In this document: in pieces, positions 1-10,200 of the stretch
How the letters are laid out: every line of letters starts with the position of its first letter
Numbering within the stretch: position 1 is the first letter of the stretch
IMG/VR virus record: IMGVR_UViG_3300045988_171958
Coordinates: 192,001 to 256,000 of that record
Origin: a virus
Length of the DNA stretch: 64,000 nt
Reading direction: 5' to 3' (one strand)
Notes under the pieces: model-generated
Databases searched by the model: none
Seen by the model: only the letters and a program-made list of their open reading frames with translations
Told to the model about the DNA's origin: nothing
Position numbers and translations under genes: made by a program

Positions 1-437
1 AAGATTTGCTTTGGTTGCTTGATGAGAATGGTAAGCTCAAATATTTCAAAGACAGATATGAAGTTATCAGATATTTTGTAAATTGGAGATTGTCTGTTTA
101 TGTTGAGAGAAAGAAGAAGCTTGTAAAGATACTTGAAGAGAAATACAAGAACAATTCGGAATTGGTAAAGTTCATTGAACTTGTATGTAAAGGTAAGCTT
201 AAGATTCGTAACAGAAGTAAGGTTGATATCAAACCAGATATGGATGCACAACACTTACCAATGGCATTGTTAGCAACACCTATGTCAAAAGTAACTATAG
301 AAGAAAGAGATGAACTTTTGAAGCAGAATGAGGAAATTAAAAAGCAACTTGAATACATTAAGAATACAACAGAAAAGCAGATGTATATAAATGACTTGCA
401 GTCATTGAAGCAATCCTTGTTAAAGGATTTTAAATGA
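1..437 (+). CDS. Type IIA DNA topoisomerase, C-terminal fragment (gene starts upstream of window)
   Basis: The open frame runs from the window edge. The tail (LDENGKLKYF..RYFVNWRL..Y..RK, KGKLKIRNRSK, ..LLATPMSKVTIEERDELLKQNEEIKKQL) follows the pattern of the C-terminal dimerisation region of eukaryotic Topo II and T4 gp52-type enzymes. Confidence 0.65.
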   Translation, partial: DLLWLLDENGKLKYFKDRYEVIRYFVNWRLSVYVERKKKLVKILEEKYKNNSELVKFIELVCKGKLKIRNRSKVDIKPDMDAQHLPMALLATPMSKVTIEERDELLKQNEEIKKQLEYIKNTTEKQMYINDLQSLKQSLLKDFK

Positions 438-504
438 TTCAAGTTTATATCAATGACTTGCAGTCATTACGTAAATCAATTTTATTGGATATAAGATAAG
501 GTTC

Positions 505-592
505 ATCCTGGAAGCGCCTGGGTCACACAGGGAGCGGAAAAATACTTAGAAGTATAAATTATAACCTAAGAAAAATTTCCACTCCCTGTGTG
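505..592 (+). repeat. conserved structured element, copy 1
   Basis: The module gaagcgcctgggtcacacagggagcggaaaa is followed by a long arm that closes with ccactccctgtgtg. It lies just after the topoisomerase stop codon. Confidence 0.8.
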
Positions 593-594
593 CA

Positions 595-635
595 TAACTT
601 TAGTTCTTGAACAGAACTGAAAGAGATGTTCATTA
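595..635 (+). repeat. about 40-nt mini-element, intergenic copy
   Basis: taactttagttcttgaacagaac-tgaaaga-gatgttcatta shares 17-nt and 11-nt identical blocks with 48169-48207. Confidence 0.75.
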
Positions 636-660
636 TTTTATGGAAATTTTTTAAATTCAT

Positions 661-694
661 TTTGAAATTTTTAGAATTGATACTATTTTATATC
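661..694 (+). promoter_or_regulatory. promoter-like box (TTTGAAATTT ... TACTATTTTAT)
   Basis: A recurrent intergenic motif, TTTG(A)AAT followed after 12-15 nt by T(C/A)CTAT(A/T)TT, resembling the Bacteroidota -33 TTTG / -7 TAnnTTTG architecture. It lies upstream of 708-971. Confidence 0.5.
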
Positions 695-707
695 TGAACA
701 AAATAAT

Positions 708-971
708 ATGATTATGAGATTTATAATTTATAAGAACAGTAGAAAATATTCAAATATCAAATTTACAGATATTGATGAATGCAAGGAATTCATTAAGTTC
801 AATGGAGACCATGATGAAGCAGCATCAAAAGGATGGTACTTTGATTTTTATGAATATCCTTCTGGTAAGTTTGTAACACGTCTTGTAGTAGAAGATACTG
901 ATAAAGGTCTTGTATTTACGGAGAATTGCCCAGAAAAGACACCAAGAAACAGAAGATTCAATAATAAATAA
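708..971 (+). CDS. hypothetical protein (87 aa)
   Basis: ATG-initiated ORF directly downstream of a promoter-like box, co-oriented with its neighbours. Confidence 0.55.
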   Translation: MIMRFIIYKNSRKYSNIKFTDIDECKEFIKFNGDHDEAASKGWYFDFYEYPSGKFVTRLVVEDTDKGLVFTENCPEKTPRNRRFNNK

Positions 972-980
972 ACATATATT

Positions 981-1364
981 ATGACTAATTATTTCAATTT
1001 TGATATCAGTAAAGAAGCTTCAGTTTTTACTACAGCATTCTATATTGTTGGATATAGTGACTATCTGAAGAAATTGATGATGGATGATCCTAATGTTCTT
1101 CCTAATTATTCATCACTTCCGGTATATGTTCAAGATTTGGATATGGTAAACAATAAGCTTGAATTGAAATATCCTGCTTATTATATTACAGTCGAATGTA
1201 ATATGATTAATCGAGAAGAAGATGAAGAGTTCATTGTAAAATGTTGGCCAGTTATGGATAATGTTGGAATTCTGACAACACAAGGAAAGTCAACAAACAT
1301 GAACTTTAATGAATACAAGACATTCATATCAATGTTTGAAACAGATACTGATTATATTAGTTAA
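981..1364 (+). CDS. hypothetical protein (127 aa)
   Basis: ATG ORF tightly packed in the + strand block. Confidence 0.55.
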   Translation: MTNYFNFDISKEASVFTTAFYIVGYSDYLKKLMMDDPNVLPNYSSLPVYVQDLDMVNNKLELKYPAYYITVECNMINREEDEEFIVKCWPVMDNVGILTTQGKSTNMNFNEYKTFISMFETDTDYIS

Positions 1365-1379
1365 TTTAAAATTATAGAC

Positions 1380-2306
1380 ATGAAAAATAATATTCTTACA
1401 CCTATCAAATGGACTGGCTGCAAACGTACACAAGCAGATAGGATTATCAAACAGATGCCTAATGACATTACTTCTTATTGTGAATTATTTCTTGGTTCTG
1501 GAGCGGTAATGCTTAAGTTGTTGAATGACTTTCCTGAAAAACTAGCAAATTGCAAACATGTAATTTGTTCTGATACTAATGCTGATTTAATTATGATGTG
1601 GAAGCTCATTAAAGACAATCCAAATAAGTTAATTGACTTCTATACTAAAGAATGGAAAGAAAGAAATACATATCTTGGAAAACTTCAACCAGAGAATAAT
1701 GAAGGTGAAATGGTCAATCATCGTAATACACATTATTATGCTCTTCGTGATAAGTACAATACACATTATCTTAAAGGAACAGAAGATGGTGCAATGGAAT
1801 TGATGACATTGCTTGCATTTAATTTTAATGGACTAGTTCGTTATGGCAAGAAAGGATTTAATGCAGCTTGTATGCCTGTTGTTCCTGGAATGCACCCAGA
1901 TAACAAGAAAGAAATCATTATGAAGTGTAATGAATTGACTAAGAAATATAATGTCCAATTTGAAAATGCTTCTTATGACTCATTATATATTCCAATGAAT
2001 TCTACTATTTATTTGGATCCTCCTTATAAGATGTTCCTTAATGAAAATGCTTCTGGTATTTATAATTCTGATGAATTTAACCTTAAAAATTTCTATAATT
2101 GGTGTAATGAAACATCAAAGGATTGCAATATGCTAGTTAGTTTTGATGGTGGTACTGCAGGGGATGAAGGTTTTCCAGAATGTAATGGTTGGACAAAAAT
2201 TACTAATGATACTGGAACTAGCAAATTCAGACGTCAAATGTCTAAGACAAGAGAACCTAACAAGGTATTGAAAACAAAAGAATCATTATACGTTAAATTA
2301 AAATAA
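1380..2306 (+). CDS. dam: DNA N6-adenine methyltransferase (Dam-like, alpha class)
   Basis: N-terminal PIKWTGCKR (KWxGxK-like), SAM motif ELFLGSGAV (FxGxG) and catalytic DPPY (IYLDPPYKMF) occur in the order typical of Dam / T4 Dam. Confidence 0.85.
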   Translation: MKNNILTPIKWTGCKRTQADRIIKQMPNDITSYCELFLGSGAVMLKLLNDFPEKLANCKHVICSDTNADLIMMWKLIKDNPNKLIDFYTKEWKERNTYLGKLQPENNEGEMVNHRNTHYYALRDKYNTHYLKGTEDGAMELMTLLAFNFNGLVRYGKKGFNAACMPVVPGMHPDNKKEIIMKCNELTKKYNVQFENASYDSLYIPMNSTIYLDPPYKMFLNENASGIYNSDEFNLKNFYNWCNETSKDCNMLVSFDGGTAGDEGFPECNGWTKITNDTGTSKFRRQMSKTREPNKVLKTKESLYVKLK

Positions 2307-2314
2307 CTTAAGTC

Positions 2315-2836
2315 ATGACAGAAACTAGAAGATTAGAATATGATATTGTATACATGAACATGGCTTCATGTTTGAAGGATTTGAGTTTTGCGACAAGAAG
2401 TAAGGTTGGTTGTATTATTGTAAGTTCTGATGATCAGATTATTGCACAAGGATACAATGGTATGCCAAAGGGATTTCCAAATGAATGTGAACATCTTGAT
2501 GAAAATGGCAATCTTGTAACAAATGATGAAGTATTGCATGCTGAATCTAATGCCATTGCTAAATGTGCTAAGTGTTCTGAAGGTCAATGTAAAGGTGCCA
2601 CAGCTTATGTTTCATTGAGCCCTTGCTTGCAGTGTTCAAAGCTTATTATTCAATCTGGTATTAAGAGAGTTGTGTTTAGAGAAGAGTATCGAGATGTTAC
2701 TCCATTGATATTCTTATTGAAAGGTGGTATCGAAGTACAGATGCTTGATACTTTACATAAGAAGTTGATTGAATATACTTTTGACAAGGAAGTAGGAACT
2801 TTATATAAAGACTATTATGCATATTTAACTGTTTAA
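2315..2836 (+). CDS. cd: dCMP deaminase
   Basis: Zinc-binding motifs HAESNAI (HAE) and SPCLQCSKLI (PCxxC), with size and spacing typical of dCMP/ComEB deaminases. Confidence 0.9.
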   Translation: MTETRRLEYDIVYMNMASCLKDLSFATRSKVGCIIVSSDDQIIAQGYNGMPKGFPNECEHLDENGNLVTNDEVLHAESNAIAKCAKCSEGQCKGATAYVSLSPCLQCSKLIIQSGIKRVVFREEYRDVTPLIFLLKGGIEVQMLDTLHKKLIEYTFDKEVGTLYKDYYAYLTV

Positions 2837-2847
2837 TTTAATTATCT

Positions 2848-3492
2848 ATGTTCAATAAAGAAAAGAGTATACCAGAAGAGCAATTGCATTGTCCATATAT
2901 CAGCAATTATGGTTTTGTAATTGATTATACATTTGCAAGCAGATTATTTCATTTCTTGGCTAGAATGTATAAGGATGCTGCTACATTACCTCCTGGATAT
3001 GAAGAAGAATATGAATATCTTCTTAAGAGTGCAAGTAAGTTGAAAATATGGCAAATGGGAGTACCAAGTAAATTGAATGAAAATTATTTCAATAACTTGA
3101 AGTCTATCAAGATTGATCCAAACTTAATTAAGTACCTTTCAAATATCAATTGTCCTAATGCATTTGATGTTGATAAGTATTTGAACAAACCATCAGATGA
3201 TGATAAAACGGTACAACACAGATATGACCAAGCCTATATTGCTGTAAATGAGAATGGAGAGTATCGTGTTTTTGAAGGATATCCATATCGTCATACAGAA
3301 AAAGTATTTGTTGAAGATACTACTAAATGGGAAGAAGACTATTATGGTAAAGAACATCATCCTTATGTATGGAATGGAAAATTCAACAAATATTGGTCTT
3401 CTGCTAGTGGTAGAGGTGCTTATGTAAATAAAGAATGTTTACCAGCAGTTTATCAGAATATGAGTTGGGATGATGATCCTAAAGCTATGTAA
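2848..3492 (+). CDS. hypothetical protein (214 aa)
   Basis: ATG ORF in the + block. Confidence 0.55.
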   Translation: MFNKEKSIPEEQLHCPYISNYGFVIDYTFASRLFHFLARMYKDAATLPPGYEEEYEYLLKSASKLKIWQMGVPSKLNENYFNNLKSIKIDPNLIKYLSNINCPNAFDVDKYLNKPSDDDKTVQHRYDQAYIAVNENGEYRVFEGYPYRHTEKVFVEDTTKWEEDYYGKEHHPYVWNGKFNKYWSSASGRGAYVNKECLPAVYQNMSWDDDPKAM

Positions 3493-3495
3493 ATT

Positions 3496-3801
3496 ATGAA
3501 ATATCTTAAACTAGAAATAGGTAATGATCCATTTGATGAACCAAAACGAGTACTTACTTTTGGTAAGTTTAAAGGACACACTATAAAGGAAGTGTATGAT
3601 TACAACACATCAAGAAACAAGAATGGCTATCTTGAATGGTGCCTAGCTAATATTGATGGTTTCAAAGATGAGTTGAATGAAACAGAACTTGAAATAGCAG
3701 AATCAGATTACTTCCGAGGAGTTTCTGGTTATGGAAGAGATGATTGGGAAAGTCCTAGTCCTTGGTTTGGTCCAGAAGATGGATATATTTGTTGCATGTA
3801 A
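3496..3801 (+). CDS. hypothetical protein with FGKFKGHTIKEV..YLEWCL motif
   Basis: ATG ORF. The FGK(F/Y)KG..I.E....YL.W motif resembles the small DUF3820 / ExoX C-terminal-like domain common in phages. Confidence 0.5.
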   Translation: MKYLKLEIGNDPFDEPKRVLTFGKFKGHTIKEVYDYNTSRNKNGYLEWCLANIDGFKDELNETELEIAESDYFRGVSGYGRDDWESPSPWFGPEDGYICCM

Positions 3802-3832
3802 AATAAATAAGTTAATATTAATAAAATCCACT

Positions 3833-4474
3833 ATGAATCTTACAATTGCAATAACCGTCTTAAATGACAATACTCACAAGCTGATAGGTCCTTACAATGG
3901 ATGCCCTATACTTTATGTGAGAGATGAAGACAATCCTGATAAGAAGCAAGGTCTACGTACTGATGAGTTTTTCAACTATTTATATAAGAATGGATGTTTC
4001 AAAGAAGTAGAAGATTATATAGGAACAAAATTCTATTTGTCTTGGTTCAATATTATTGATGGACAAGAATTTACTGAATCTGATACTTGTACTTTACAAG
4101 ATATTTTTCCTTTATATATAGAAGGTTTTCCACAAAATTTTCATTATATAGAGGAATTAGATGAAGATCCTAGAGCGTTCTTAGTTTGGAACATCCTTCG
4201 TGACTGTTTCAATTACATATATAAAGCAAACTTTGATGAGATGATATCAGGAGTAGATATTGGATATCGTGGAAGTGTCAATACTAATAATACTAACGAG
4301 TTTGTCAATGTATATAGAAAAGTAAAGGAGAGGTTTGGAGCAAATGTTTCTAAAGAGAAATTCATTCAATCGATACAAGAAAGATTACAGAAAAGAGAAA
4401 AATGGAATCTGACAGAGAAGAATATCAATGGTGTTGTAAATATCTTACGTAACATATTAGAAAACGAACAATAA
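3833..4474 (+). CDS. hypothetical protein, paralog of 23386-23979
   Basis: I moved the start to the internal ATG (MNLTIAITVLND..) because the track ORF overlaps the previous gene. The N-terminus aligns with MNLTTAISIVNDGVLVGPHKGCPVLYIKDEDDPD of the paralog. Confidence 0.6.
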   Translation: MNLTIAITVLNDNTHKLIGPYNGCPILYVRDEDNPDKKQGLRTDEFFNYLYKNGCFKEVEDYIGTKFYLSWFNIIDGQEFTESDTCTLQDIFPLYIEGFPQNFHYIEELDEDPRAFLVWNILRDCFNYIYKANFDEMISGVDIGYRGSVNTNNTNEFVNVYRKVKERFGANVSKEKFIQSIQERLQKREKWNLTEKNINGVVNILRNILENEQ

Positions 4475-4502
4475 AACAATTAAGGGGAATTTTGAACTTT
4501 TG

Positions 4503-4533
4503 TTTGAAATTCCCTTGGTTTGTACTATATTTA
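4503..4533 (+). promoter_or_regulatory. promoter-like box
   Basis: tttgaaattcccttggtttgtactatattta upstream of 4569. Confidence 0.45.
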
Positions 4534-4568
4534 GATTGTTAATTAATGAACATTAAATATAGTATTTT

Positions 4569-6422
4569 ATGCCATATATTCTCAAACATACAAAATGGTT
4601 TTCTAACCGCCCTACTTATACTATCAATAAGTTTGGCATAAATCCATCTTCAAAGTTCATATATAAAGAAATGGAAATTGAAGCTTATAAGACTTCACCG
4701 GCATTGATGTCACAAGCTTTACTTTATGTTTCCAACCAAGTAACAGAAAATTCTGCACAGTTAGTTGCTAAGAAAAATTCTGATTCTTCTTATACAGATG
4801 GCAAACATATTGTTGTTGGTATGAATCCAATGAAGGAACATAAAGATGCTTATGATGGTATGGATATTGAAATGGGATTAGCTTGTCATGAAGCATGCCA
4901 TTGTGCTTTTACTGATTTCAAAAATTATGATTTGAAAATGGTAAAATATCCTATTGCTCATTGGCTTCATAATGTATATGAGGATGAATGCATTGAAGAA
5001 ATGTTAGGTATCAAAAAACCACAATGGATGTATTTTTTGAACCATGTATTGTCACATTACTTTTCTGAAGATAAATTCATCAATTCTATAAAGAAACTTG
5101 TTCTTTCTAACAGTAAGATAGATATTGTACAGTTTATGATATTGTATATGATTAGAAATTCAGAACTTTCAAATAGATTTCCTAAAGAATGGATTGATGA
5201 ATTTGGTCCAATGTTAGATGAGATATATGAAAAGGTTATTGTAAAAATTGAAGATCCAAATCAATTCAAATATACTCCTACAAAAAATACTGTTGTTGCA
5301 TGTCTTGATACTATAGAAATAATCAAGAAATATGTAAAGTTAGATGATCTCAATTCAAGATTATCTAAGCCAAATCTTGGTATGATAGGAAATTCTTCAA
5401 CTGAAGGTAATCCAAATCAGGATAAGAATTGTGGTCAAAATGGATTGTTTTCTCCTAATACAAGTGAAGGAAGAAATAAATCAAAGAATGCAATATCACA
5501 AAAATTCAACAATGCAAAAAATTCAGTAAATCAAGAAAATGATGCTCTTGGTAAATGTGATACTAATAAACCAGATAAATTATTTAATGGAGCAAAAGAA
5601 GAAATAGGAGCAGTAAAACCAAATAGTTCTGATGCCATTGCTTATAAGAAGATGATTTCTAAGTTATCAGAAGAAATAAAGATTGCTAAGAAAATAATCA
5701 TTCCTAACAATAAGAAAATTGAATTAGAAGATGATAAATTTCATAGAAATGGACAACTTATATCATCTCATCTTGTACAGGCGATTCAAGGAGTAAACTG
5801 TGTATATCATAGAAAGGTTATAAAGAAATCAGAAAGTCCAGATCCTAAATATGCATTTGTAATATCAATAGATGAATCTGGATCAATGAATTTTCCTCAA
5901 AATGGTGAATATTCTGCTAGAAATGTCGCATCAAAACTTGCTTGTATTTTTTATGAAGCAATGAAAAATTATGAGGGAATTGATTTGTATATTTATGGAC
6001 ATGGTGAAAATATTGTAAAATACATTACACCTAAAGATAAGAATCCTTATAAGTTAGGAAATCGATTATATCAGATGTCTCAAAATGATGCTAAGTCTTA
6101 TGATACTATATTGAAAGATGTAAAATTGCAGACAAATAAGAAAATACTCTTTTTGAATATTACTGATAGTTTATATTTGAGTAGTAAAACATCATTAATT
6201 AGAGTTATTGATAATTGGAAGGCACAAAATGTATTATTTGGACTACTTTGTATCAATTCATCAGATTATGAGTATCAAAATAATGAAAAGGAATATAAAG
6301 CAATCAATAACCAGTTATATGGGGATAATTGGGTAGGTGTATCTGATACAAAATCAGGAATGAAAGAAGCATTGATTAAATTTTCTAATATTATTAGAAA
6401 AAATTATGATAAGCTTAAATAA
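4569..6422 (+). CDS. vWA-domain protein with N-terminal HExxH metallopeptidase-like domain
   Basis: HEACH (GLACHEACHCAF) in the N-terminal third. MIDAS-like DxSGS (FVISIDESGSMN) in the C-terminal third. This architecture resembles the metallopeptidase-like + VWA proteins that usually partner MoxR/CobS-type ATPases. Confidence 0.65.
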   Translation: MPYILKHTKWFSNRPTYTINKFGINPSSKFIYKEMEIEAYKTSPALMSQALLYVSNQVTENSAQLVAKKNSDSSYTDGKHIVVGMNPMKEHKDAYDGMDIEMGLACHEACHCAFTDFKNYDLKMVKYPIAHWLHNVYEDECIEEMLGIKKPQWMYFLNHVLSHYFSEDKFINSIKKLVLSNSKIDIVQFMILYMIRNSELSNRFPKEWIDEFGPMLDEIYEKVIVKIEDPNQFKYTPTKNTVVACLDTIEIIKKYVKLDDLNSRLSKPNLGMIGNSSTEGNPNQDKNCGQNGLFSPNTSEGRNKSKNAISQKFNNAKNSVNQENDALGKCDTNKPDKLFNGAKEEIGAVKPNSSDAIAYKKMISKLSEEIKIAKKIIIPNNKKIELEDDKFHRNGQLISSHLVQAIQGVNCVYHRKVIKKSESPDPKYAFVISIDESGSMNFPQNGEYSARNVASKLACIFYEAMKNYEGIDLYIYGHGENIVKYITPKDKNPYKLGNRLYQMSQNDAKSYDTILKDVKLQTNKKILFLNITDSLYLSSKTSLIRVIDNWKAQNVLFGLLCINSSDYEYQNNEKEYKAINNQLYGDNWVGVSDTKSGMKEALIKFSNIIRKNYDKLK

Positions 6423-6432
6423 ACCAAGAGTC

Positions 6433-6517
6433 CCCTGTTAAGCGCCTGGGTCACACAGGAAACGGAAAATGGTCGAGATGATAAATTATATCTCTCGACC
6501 ATTTTTATTGTTTCAGG
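6433..6517 (+). repeat. conserved structured element, copy 2
   Basis: The module ttaagcgcctgggtcacacaggaaacggaaaa is followed by the arm aaaatggtcgaga..tctcgaccatttt and a T-run. It lies just after the stop of the vWA gene. Confidence 0.8.
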
Positions 6518-6527
6518 ATTGATTTTC

Positions 6528-7211
6528 CTAGTTGCTAGCTTCACCAGTGCTCATGTCCTCGTCCCAGAAGTCACTTCTAAATGTAACTGCTAATTTTGCA
6601 GGTTCATTATCAGTATAGTTCAATGTATCAAGACCAGTAACACTTGTAATCATTGTGTCATGGAATACATAGGCTCTGTAAATTGTACCATCTCTATTAG
6701 CTTCCGCAATTCTCATTACATCAGCAACATAGTCAGCCTTCAATGTACGAGTACCATCAGCAAGGTCATAACCAAGTTTTTCCCAAGCCTTGAAGATACG
6801 GAGCAACCAAGCATCTGACTTAGAACGGATGTTCAAATTAAAGTTCACTGTAACTTCAGCATAAGTGTTATCCAATGTTGGGTTTAAGAAGCTCACATCA
6901 ACACCGAAGAATTTCTGTGAACCAGCTTGTACTGTCTTCTGCAATGCATCCAAACCAGCAACATCAGTAACTTGTTCTGTCATAGTAGCGGCATCAGCAC
7001 CAAACATACCTTGCAACTGTGTAGGAAGTGTGAATGATACTTCAAACACAGCACGGTTCATTGGATCATGACGATTAGCACCAGCCTTAGTATTCATCAA
7101 ATGAGGAAGATGTGTCTTGCCATCATGGCCACGAGAAGCAAAATCACCTGTAGTTGCAGGAACTGATCCACCCCAATAAATGTTAGGCTTATTTTCTGTT
7201 ATTTTCTGCAT
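6528..7211 (-). CDS. tail tube protein (T4 gp19-like)
   Basis: 227-aa ORF immediately downstream of the sheath gene. Its size and beta-rich composition (FEVSFTLP.., VTVNFNLNIR.., LAVTFRSDFW) fit tube proteins. Confidence 0.6.
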   Translation of the reverse strand: MQKITENKPNIYWGGSVPATTGDFASRGHDGKTHLPHLMNTKAGANRHDPMNRAVFEVSFTLPTQLQGMFGADAATMTEQVTDVAGLDALQKTVQAGSQKFFGVDVSFLNPTLDNTYAEVTVNFNLNIRSKSDAWLLRIFKAWEKLGYDLADGTRTLKADYVADVMRIAEANRDGTIYRAYVFHDTMITSVTGLDTLNYTDNEPAKLAVTFRSDFWDEDMSTGEASN

Positions 7212-7252
7212 AAAACTTTCTTATATATAAGATTTGTTATTTTCCTTAGAAT

Positions 7253-7276
7253 GAGGAAGTCCTTAAGGACTTCCTC
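7253..7276. terminator. perfect palindromic hairpin between the sheath and tube genes
   Basis: gaggaagtccTTAAggacttcctc. Confidence 0.5.
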
Positions 7277-7284
7277 AATGTATT

Positions 7285-10200
7285 TTATTCTCCAAGAATA
7301 GTAGAATTCATCTGACCTGTACGATACAGAGTCAACTCATGTACCATCTTACCCATACCACGACCTGGTTCAATATGAGTAGACAAGATAGCCATCTCAT
7401 TATCAATAATATCAGGTGTGTTGTTAGAGTCATCCATGACATTCAAGTAAGCTTGAATACCACCATTAGCTTGAACTCTAGCACAGATAGAATCAGCACG
7501 ATCCTTAATCTTATTACGTACGGTTTGGTTGTTGAACTCCCATTGATAAGACTGAAGAATCTTCTCAACTTCATCCATGATGTAGATAACCAACTCACGA
7601 ACGTTAACAGAACTCAATGCTGACTTAGGTGTCTGCTTAGCAGTTTGGTTAGCATTGATGAATGTACCGAAGCTTGGGCGGTATACCATACAATTTACAC
7701 CAAAAGGTTCAATTATGTTGAGTTCATCACCACTATAATTGTAATCAGGACCAACAAGACCAGATACTGACATTGCACCATAGTTAGGACCAGCTACAAT
7801 TTCATAAGGAAGACGAGAATTGTACTTCTCCATGAACAAGTTAGATACAAGACCTGCAGATGGAACAACAGAATCAATAGTACCATCAGAAAGCTTCAAT
7901 GGAGTATAGAAAGCTGCAAAGCTAGCACCTTCATCATTTGATGGAAGAGAGAATGCTGTTGTATGAGCTTTCTTCTTATTGAATCCATCAACTACATATT
8001 GTACATTGAATACTCCCTTAGCATCAGTAAATGAACTGTATGGACACTTTACAAATGTCTTAACAGAAGGGAAGTTCAGAATAGCGAATGCATTTTGCTT
8101 CTGCTTAGCGAGATAAGAAAGTACCTTCTTAGCACCTGCATCAACATAAGTTTCGAAACCATCGATAACATATCTGAAGTCAATTTCTGACTTATTCAAA
8201 AGACCTGTACGAAGACCTTTGTATTCAGTCAAAGCTGATAACTGGAAGTTCTGCCATTCAAGCTTAGCACGTTGACCAACTCCATCTGGCTTTGGATGTT
8301 CGTAAGTATAACCCTTCAAGTATACAGGTTCCATAGTACCAATTTCTTGGTTCAAACCATTTTCAATACGAACAAGATACTTACCATAAGTTGTTGCATT
8401 TTGTGCGGCTTTCTTGATCCACTCATTAGTATTAGCTACCAATGTAGAATAACCAACTAAGTAATGACCAGTCTTTTTTGTACCATTTTCAGTATATTCT
8501 GCTGTAGTACTGTTATAAGCTGTCTTTTCAGAAGTAGAAAGCTTACCGTAATCTTCTACAGAAATTGGCTTAATCTTTTGATATTCAGCATTAGTATACA
8601 TAACTACTTCCTGACCAAAGTCAAATGTTGGATTAGTATACATTGCAACATAATATCCGATTTTATCAGTACCATCATGTTTCAAAGTAATGGTATTTGC
8701 AGTGATTTTGTTAGTATTATCTACCTTCAAATCAGGATTAGCAAAACCATCTACATAGAAAGTACCGTCATTTGTTAGAACTTCAATAGGTTTCTTAAGA
8801 CCATCTGCAGTAGCATTCAATTGTTTGATATCATCATAAATGAATGTATAAGAATCAAGTTCTACATATTTATAGTCTGCTTTTACATCACCAGTTTTAG
8901 TAGAATCAGGAAGAGCTTTATATGCTGCACCTGTTATATTGTCTTTACTTGGATCTGTTGTTGCAATCTTATGATAATGATAGTTCTTAGTACACATGTT
9001 ACGTGCATTAGCACTCAACAACATGTATTCTACACCGGTAACTTGCTTAGAAAATACGATAGCAGAAGATTTGAATCCATCTTTATTCTTTGCTACTTCA
9101 TAAGCTTCAGCAGTCAAAGTTCTAGGTCCTACATGGTTGTAAGAAACTGCCCAATTCTTAGGATTGTAGAGCTTCTGTTCTTCTGTATCAAGCAACTTGT
9201 ATTCACCATTAGAAATAGTTACGTCCTTGTCAGATTTGCTAGCACCTTCATAAGTAGCGATATTACCAGTGAACTTAATAGAGTATGTTTTAGGATTACC
9301 ATATTCATCAGTGATAGTTTCTGCTTCTTGAACATAACAAAGGTCATAATAACCGTTAATAACTTCATCAGAATAGTCACCATCACCATCCATATCAATC
9401 TTACCATCTACTGCTAAGAACTGATCACCCTTCTGAAGCATAGCAAGAATAGTAGTATCAGCTGTAGCAGGAGCAGTCAAATGATATGTATGTACAGCAT
9501 CTTCATCTTCTTCATCATATACATCAGCTGACAATGTCCAGTGTTCATTCAATGGAATGAATGTTACAGATGGGCCATATACATTCCAAGAAGCATACTT
9601 GTTAGTTGTATCAATCAATGTATCTGGGTTCAAATATTCTGTCTTTGTAGTAATGTAAACATCTTCGATGTTACACTTAACAACTTCAGAACTCAAGATT
9701 ACCATAGCGTCATTTGTACTATCCAAATCTCTAGAAAGAGAAGTAATCACTCTCTTAGGACCATCAACATTCTCAGGTTTATTATAAGCGTCCGTCGATG
9801 TGTAAACTGTACCAAGACCTGACTCAAATGAAACATAAGTAGTTTCACCATCAACTGTCTTCTTGTAAGCAGCACCAAGTTCATAAAGAACATAGTTTAC
9901 GTTTGGCTTATCAACCATACTTAAATCAATAGTGATACGTTGAGTTGAACCAACAGCACCAAGAATAATGCCTTTATCGGTCCAAGACTGAACATACATA
10001 TTACCACTGATCTTCTTGGTTTTCTTATAAGAAAGAGGATGCTTGATAGTATCTTCATCTGACCAGATGTTTGTACGGAAATGTGTCTTAGCAGAAACAA
10101 CTGGAGCACCAACATTACCAAGAAGTGATGTTAAAGCAGTACCCTTCCAAAGTCTGTCGATACAAACAATGCTAGTACCATACTGCTTGTAAATCTTAGC

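Noticed and set aside
505-592. Assignment of the conserved 28-nt module to the twister, pistol or hatchet ribozyme classes, prompted by AAGCGCC and GGGAGCGG strings.
   Set aside because: The similarity is limited to short strings. The helices required for twister (P1/P2/P4 with T1/T2 pseudoknots) could not be drawn consistently across the five copies.
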